Source: a virus (Duplodnaviria; Caudoviricetes). Taken from it: a DNA stretch of 29,340 nucleotides. The DNA is taken from IMG/VR virus record IMGVR_UViG_3300017785_002243, positions 1 to 29,340 of that record, one strand, 5' to 3'. The position numbers were made by a program, and so were the translations under genes. The notes under the pieces are model-generated. The model ran no database searches and was not told the DNA's origin. It saw nothing but the letters and a program-made list of their open reading frames with translations. This document shows, piece by piece, positions 24,717-29,340 of this stretch (position 1 is its first letter; every line of letters begins with the position of its first letter).

Positions 24717-25969
24717 GCCCGTCGGGCAGCTTCGCGTTCTGCTTGCTTCATCAGGGCGTAGAACTTCTTGGCCCCACCACGGCGCTTGACCTGATCCCTC
24801 GGGACGTACGCCTCGCCGTTCGACAACAGCGCCGGTCGCTTACCCTCGATGGTGGTCCGGATGGAGTCGCTGGTGCCAGTGCCCGGGCCTTTGATGGGGA
24901 TCGCACCCAGACCCGCAGACGCCGTCCGCTGACCGCGCTCATTGCTGCCCTTACCGATACCGTCCACCGCCTTCTTGGTGAGGACAAAGCCGCCGTCCTC
25001 CAGCTCCGGCACGGAGTGCATCGCACCGCCCTTGGCGGCATATACCGGCTGCAGCTGCCCGTAGTCTGTGAAGAGGTTCCGCTCCGGGTCGTAAGGACGG
25101 CGGTTCATTGTTTGTGCCCGGTAGTTCGATGGTTGTTGTTGCGGTGCAAGAAAATCAAGCTGGGGTTGTTCAAACCCGCCCAGAGCACCGATCGCGCCGA
25201 TACCGGCAGCGGCTTTACCAGCCGTTCCACCGTATTGACCCCCAAGATAGGAACCGAACTTCTCCATCCCGCCGGGTTGCGTTAGTTGACCAAGCCCTTT
25301 GGCGTAGTTTTCTCCTGCCGATCCCGCTAACATATTGCGTTGCTGTTCTGCTCTGAGCGCGGCGGTGTCCCATCCAGCAGCGTTTGAAGCTGGCACAGTA
25401 TATGAAGTAGGTCCGCCGGGGATGTATTGCTCACCGGGAAATGCAAGGGGGATTTCAGCTGCAGGGGTAGGGTTCATAGCAGCTAACTGGCTCTCCGCTA
25501 GACCACGAGATGCTTCTACACCGGCCTGATCAGCGCCCATCTGTCCTAACGCGCCCATGCCGCCACCAATACCGTACCCGCTCAATCCACCCATCAAGGC
25601 ACCCTGCAGCGGATTTTGCCGATTGGTCAAAGCCCCGGTAGCCGCCCCAGTCAAAGCGCCTGTCCCTGCAGAACCCAAGCCAAACAGCCCACCTGCCCCT
25701 GCCGCAGCTGCCCCCGCACCTTCCGCCGCAAGTACTCCGGGAGCCGCCGCGCCACCAGTAAAGTAAATAGCCGCAGCGGCGGCAAGAGCAGGCAGCATAT
25801 TATCCAAGAACCCAGCTTCAGGTAGCCCGGTGTGCGGGTTGGTAGTCAGGGAGCCACCATGCGCCATAGCAAGTTGTTGCAACCCAGCGACTTCCCGGGG
25901 GCTCATGTGTACCAGCATCGTATCCGGGCCTCGCCCGAGCGCGGCCAGTCCTTCTGCAACTTTTTTCAT
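24713..25969 (-). CDS. internal virion protein
   Basis: N-terminal LAALGRG.DT.LVHM.P.EV..L...GG..T.NP.TGLPEA, Gly/Ala-rich hydrophobic middle and C-terminal GPGTGTSDSI...LSNGE; GGGAG RBS. Confidence 0.7.
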   Translation of the reverse strand: MKKVAEGLAALGRGPDTMLVHMSPREVAGLQQLAMAHGGSLTTNPHTGLPEAGFLDNMLPALAAAAAIYFTGGAAAPGVLAAEGAGAAAAGAGGLFGLGSAGTGALTGAATGALTNRQNPLQGALMGGLSGYGIGGGMGALGQMGADQAGVEASRGLAESQLAAMNPTPAAEIPLAFPGEQYIPGGPTSYTVPASNAAGWDTAALRAEQQRNMLAGSAGENYAKGLGQLTQPGGMEKFGSYLGGQYGGTAGKAAAGIGAIGALGGFEQPQLDFLAPQQQPSNYRAQTMNRRPYDPERNLFTDYGQLQPVYAAKGGAMHSVPELEDGGFVLTKKAVDGIGKGSNERGQRTASAGLGAIPIKGPGTGTSDSIRTTIEGKRPALLSNGEAYVPRDQVKRRGGAKKFYALMKQAEREAARRA

Positions 25970-25993
25970 ATCGTATCTCCCGGGAACGGGGTC

Positions 25994-26002
25994 ATGTTAT
26001 CA
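25994..26002 (-). promoter_or_regulatory. possible extended -10 promoter upstream of internal virion genes
   Basis: TGATAACAT on the - strand, about 25 nt before ATG 25969; no convincing -35. Confidence 0.25.
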
Positions 26003-26887
26003 CGCGTAGATGTCTGAAACCACATCCGAAACCCGTGTTACGGTCACAATAACCGAGGGGGTCGCAGGACGGGTCGGGCTTACCTGTGCAGCTATGGCTT
26101 GGATCGTCGTGGCGGTGTTTCTGGTGGCCCACATGATCTCGATGTAGTCGGTAGCGGCCAATTCCACAAAGAAGTTCAGCGCCCCGATGATGTGCCCATC
26201 AACCCCACCGTGGCTGTTTGGAACAGAGAACTGGCTGTTGCTGTTGGCGATATCCACGCCGTTCTTCCGGAACCAGATGTCTGTGTCATGAATCTGACCA
26301 TCGGTATTGACGAACTGAACGCTGAACTGGACGTTGTATATACCAGCGGTATCCACCACGATCTTCGATGCCACCGTGCCGGTAATGGCGGTAGAGGTGC
26401 GCTCCTGCGATGTGCCCACCACGTACACCCCGACCCCGCCAGTAGTTCCCGAGGTCTGCGAGACAATGCGGGTATTCGCTGTGATGGAGCCACCGGTTAA
26501 GATCATGCCGGGGTAGATGGTGCCGGAAGACACCGCAGAAACCGTAAGCACAGTGCCAGCACCGGGAGGTGTGCCGTCATCGATTGTGCCGGTGAAGCTG
26601 GCAGTCCGGTTCTCGTAAGAAACCCCGGTACTGAAATCCACGGTGTCATACGTTAAGGGATATGCCGTGGTGGTTGACCCATCAGCCTGACTGACCGAAC
26701 TGGAGAACGCACCACAACTGCAGGTCAGGTAGTCCCCGCCTCGTGGCCCGAACAGCGCGGCAGTCGCATTGTCCAGCGCGTTGAAATAGACCCGAAGCTC
26801 ACGGTAAAGTTGATCAAACTGCCGCGAGTCATATGCCTGCGGAGCATTGACGAGGTTCGGGGCTTTGGAGGGGCGCAGGATCGCCAT
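26000..26887 (-). CDS. tail-associated structural protein (C1q/TNF-like beta domain with inserted Thr/Gly module)
   Basis: N-terminal AP.L..AP..Y...F.QL...LR.YF; C-terminal G.YNVQFS.Q...IWFRKNG.D...DYIEIMW; directly downstream of the tail tube gene. Confidence 0.6.
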   Translation of the reverse strand: MAILRPSKAPNLVNAPQAYDSRQFDQLYRELRVYFNALDNATAALFGPRGGDYLTCSCGAFSSSVSQADGSTTTAYPLTYDTVDFSTGVSYENRTASFTGTIDDGTPPGAGTVLTVSAVSSGTIYPGMILTGGSITANTRIVSQTSGTTGGVGVYVVGTSQERTSTAITGTVASKIVVDTAGIYNVQFSVQFVNTDGQIHDTDIWFRKNGVDIANSNSQFSVPNSHGGVDGHIIGALNFFVELAATDYIEIMWATRNTATTIQAIAAQVSPTRPATPSVIVTVTRVSDVVSDIYA

Positions 26888-29017
26888 TTATCTACGTCCA
26901 TCAGGTCTGATATCCACACGCGGCACACCCAACTGCCACGAAACGCCGAGGTCTGTGGAGCCAACGCGGAATGAAATCTGCCGCCCCCGGATGCGCGTGT
27001 AGACCTGTCCGGTGAACTGCTGAACCGTGTAAGCGCGTACATTCGTGTAGTTCTGAGCGCTGGTAACCGCAGGATCATCCGCTGTGCCATAGGCCGAGCC
27101 AGCGTTCTGTCGAGGATATACCGAGAACGTCACTTCAGGCTGATTCACAACCGAGCCATCAAACGACACATCGGGGAGCATACGCCAGATAAAGCCAAAG
27201 TTGTGCCCGTCACCAATGTCGAAGTCGGACGAACTGACATACGACTCAATAGCCTGCGCCTGTGGTGTCGAAGCATCATCAACCCCGAGCTCGTGGAACA
27301 TGACCTGATTGGCAACCTTGTTGGTCACGGCAGTGTAGGCCGTGTGCGAAGTAGCGGTCGTGTTGTTTACTCCACGCGTGCAGTTGAGCAGATCAGTCGC
27401 CGTGGTGCCACTGTAGGTGATCTCTTCGCTCTCGATGACCACCGTGCCAGCGTAGGGGTAGCTCGAAGCGTCGATAAGGTTCAGCGTGGTGTCGGTCGAT
27501 GTAACAGCCGAACCGAGGTATGAGTTCTGCACACTGAACGCCGCCATCGGGTATTCCCGCAGCGAGCTGTCGATCCAAGCCGACCGGTTCAAGGTGCCGT
27601 AATACCACGCGTTGTCGATGTAGTTGAAGATGACGTAACTATCATTGACTGTGCTGTTCAGGGACGGGTAGTGCCACCAGACCTCGCTGAAGCCCTCGTT
27701 ACCACCGGCCACCACTTGGAAGGCTTGGTCTTTGTTCAAGTTGTTGAACACGTATTGCCGCACCGTGCAGGGCAGCGTCTGCACCCGACCGTCGTACATG
27801 TAGAACTTGTCGAGACCCATCCAAAAGTGGATGTTGCTGGCACCGGTAACTGCACCGGGCGACATGATCGAGGTGCCGTCCATCAGCAGGTTGAAGCCCC
27901 ACACGTAGGGGGGCCCGAGGTACTGCATGGCGAACACCGCGCTGTCCGACCAGATAACAAACTCCTGCCGACCGTGCCGCGCTGTAACAAGCCGGGAACC
28001 GTGGGACATACGCTGCTCACCAGACTGGTTATCCGCAGCCGGAATCCACTGGAACAAATTCTCTTGGTCAGACCACCGCACCAACATCGGGTCAAACTCG
28101 GTGTCCGCATCGAGCGGGTCGTAAGGGTTAGCACCGATCGCAATAGCAAAGCGCTGAATACCCGAGGTGTGCATCTCATAGACCGTATGGGGCACAAACG
28201 TGCCATCAAACCCCGCCGTTGTAGCCTCGCTCTCCAACGTAACCGCCCGTGCAGGGCTCGTTGTGGTATCCACTTCCCAGTAGTACGGCGTGCCTTGGCG
28301 CGGAGCCAGCACGAGGTTCTGGCCATAGTTATCGAGTGACCACAGACGCAGTTGCTGATTTGTGTTGATAGCGGTGGCTTCCCCAAACTCTGAGCCCCAC
28401 GTTTCCCGGCTGTACGGTCCCGCGCTCCAGCCGTTGTTCACCGTGTATACCGCATTACCGGCGTTCAGTTGATACGCAGCCGACACCGAAGCCCCGCCGC
28501 CAGTAGCCGTAGACGAAGCAGCCGTTACGGATGCGATGTTGTAGTTGTTGCCGTCAACGATACGGATGATCTCAAACTCGCCGTTCAATGTCAGCCCGCC
28601 AACAGCTGTGGCCCCCGAGAACGTAACGTAAGTGCCGACCGTGGCGCTGTGCGCAGTATCTGTGACGACGACCAGCTTGCTCCCGGATGTCGTAGCGAAA
28701 GGATCGGTGTTAATGGTTGTGGTGTTGCGGATGGGCGTGATGTCCCGGTAGGCACCGCCGTTCTCCACGTACACCTTCTGGTCGGTCCCAAGTGCCAGCA
28801 GATTGGTGCCGCTGAGTGTAATCCAGTTCCAGAGCGTGCGACATACGCCTTTGAACGTGTAGACCGTGGTGTTGGAGATACTCTGCCAGCCGCCGATCTT
28901 CTCGGGATAACCCGAGCGGAACCGAATCTTTTCGGAGTCGAACCAGCCGCCCTCACCAGCGTAATTGGTGTTCTCTCTGTTGATACCCGGCTTGAACTGC
29001 AGCTTCTGTAACGGCAC
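26888..29017 (-). CDS. tail tubular/nozzle (P22 gp10 / T7 gp12-like stabilisation) protein
   Basis: MPLQKLQFKPGIN.E...EGGW.D..K.RFRSG.PEKIGGW N-terminus; VRWSDQE, F.EVWW.YP and C-terminal R.RGRQ...W.LG..R.D.RPDGRR. Confidence 0.75.
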   Translation of the reverse strand: MPLQKLQFKPGINRENTNYAGEGGWFDSEKIRFRSGYPEKIGGWQSISNTTVYTFKGVCRTLWNWITLSGTNLLALGTDQKVYVENGGAYRDITPIRNTTTINTDPFATTSGSKLVVVTDTAHSATVGTYVTFSGATAVGGLTLNGEFEIIRIVDGNNYNIASVTAASSTATGGGASVSAAYQLNAGNAVYTVNNGWSAGPYSRETWGSEFGEATAINTNQQLRLWSLDNYGQNLVLAPRQGTPYYWEVDTTTSPARAVTLESEATTAGFDGTFVPHTVYEMHTSGIQRFAIAIGANPYDPLDADTEFDPMLVRWSDQENLFQWIPAADNQSGEQRMSHGSRLVTARHGRQEFVIWSDSAVFAMQYLGPPYVWGFNLLMDGTSIMSPGAVTGASNIHFWMGLDKFYMYDGRVQTLPCTVRQYVFNNLNKDQAFQVVAGGNEGFSEVWWHYPSLNSTVNDSYVIFNYIDNAWYYGTLNRSAWIDSSLREYPMAAFSVQNSYLGSAVTSTDTTLNLIDASSYPYAGTVVIESEEITYSGTTATDLLNCTRGVNNTTATSHTAYTAVTNKVANQVMFHELGVDDASTPQAQAIESYVSSSDFDIGDGHNFGFIWRMLPDVSFDGSVVNQPEVTFSVYPRQNAGSAYGTADDPAVTSAQNYTNVRAYTVQQFTGQVYTRIRGRQISFRVGSTDLGVSWQLGVPRVDIRPDGRR

Positions 29018-29027
29018 GGTTTACCCC

Positions 29028-29340
29028 TTACACAAACGGGCGGGTGCCCTGCTTGTCAATGATCAGCCGGGAGTTGCGCGGAGCAACGCCATAAATGTTC
29101 GGCACCGAGATATGCGTCCACGAGTCGAACTCAAGGATGATTTGATCAAACGGAACATTCGCCGCAATACAGGCTTCCACCACTTCCCGAGGTTTCATAC
29201 CCGGCACTCGGATATCTGCTGCGCAGCCCAAACGGTGCTGGCTGGTGTCCTTGGAGCCTACCGAGTCGTTCACCTTCTTCGACCGGAATCCACTGTTGAT
29301 CATGACCGGCTTGCCACCCACCGCAGTCTTCACCTGTTGC
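29028..29340 (-). CDS. peptidase M15A family endolysin (5' end outside window)
   Basis: SGFRS..VN..VG....SQH..G.AADI...FDQ.I.E...WTHIS are M15A Zn-peptidase motifs. Confidence 0.85.
   Translation of the reverse strand, partial: QQVKTAVGGKPVMINSGFRSKKVNDSVGSKDTSQHRLGCAADIRVPGMKPREVVEACIAANVPFDQIILEFDSWTHISVPNIYGVAPRNSRLIIDKQGTRPFV

Noticed and set aside
1-29340. tRNA/rRNA genes, integrase, IS elements, introns/inteins, reverse transcriptase or DGR repeats, stop-codon reassignment
   Set aside because: None were recognised. Polymerase, helicase and primase are uninterrupted and of normal length, and genes tile densely under the standard code.

Overview
This window is an internal ~29 kb segment of a tailed dsDNA phage genome with podovirus-like organisation; the host is probably a proteobacterium (inferred). 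The + strand (1-15392) carries a 5'-truncated DUF3150-like gene, a VRR-NUC nuclease and about 20 small, translationally coupled accessory genes, including a DUF3310/SaV-like protein, a compact DPPY methyltransferase and Zn-ribbon proteins. It then carries the replication module: family A DNA polymerase, Cas4-like PD-(D/E)XK nuclease, HNH nuclease, SNF2-type helicase, SSB-like protein and AEP primase/DUF927 helicase. The - strand (15478-29340) carries late genes: M15A peptidase endolysin, tail nozzle/stabilisation protein, tail-associated protein, internal virion/ejection proteins, a GNAT-like protein and a 2031-aa polyvalent ejection protein. The most notable signals are absent from the ORF track. 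(1) A 54-codon gene with its own RBS and phage-typical codon usage is overprinted in the +1 frame inside the giant virion protein gene. (2) A ~68-nt promoter-to-terminator small RNA candidate at the convergence of the two arms carries anti-Shine-Dalgarno sequences that can pair over the start of that hidden gene and over other phage RBSs. (3) Two highly structured intergenic RNA candidates lie at 1271-1376 and 9277-9418. All family assignments come from motif recognition by eye; no searches were run.
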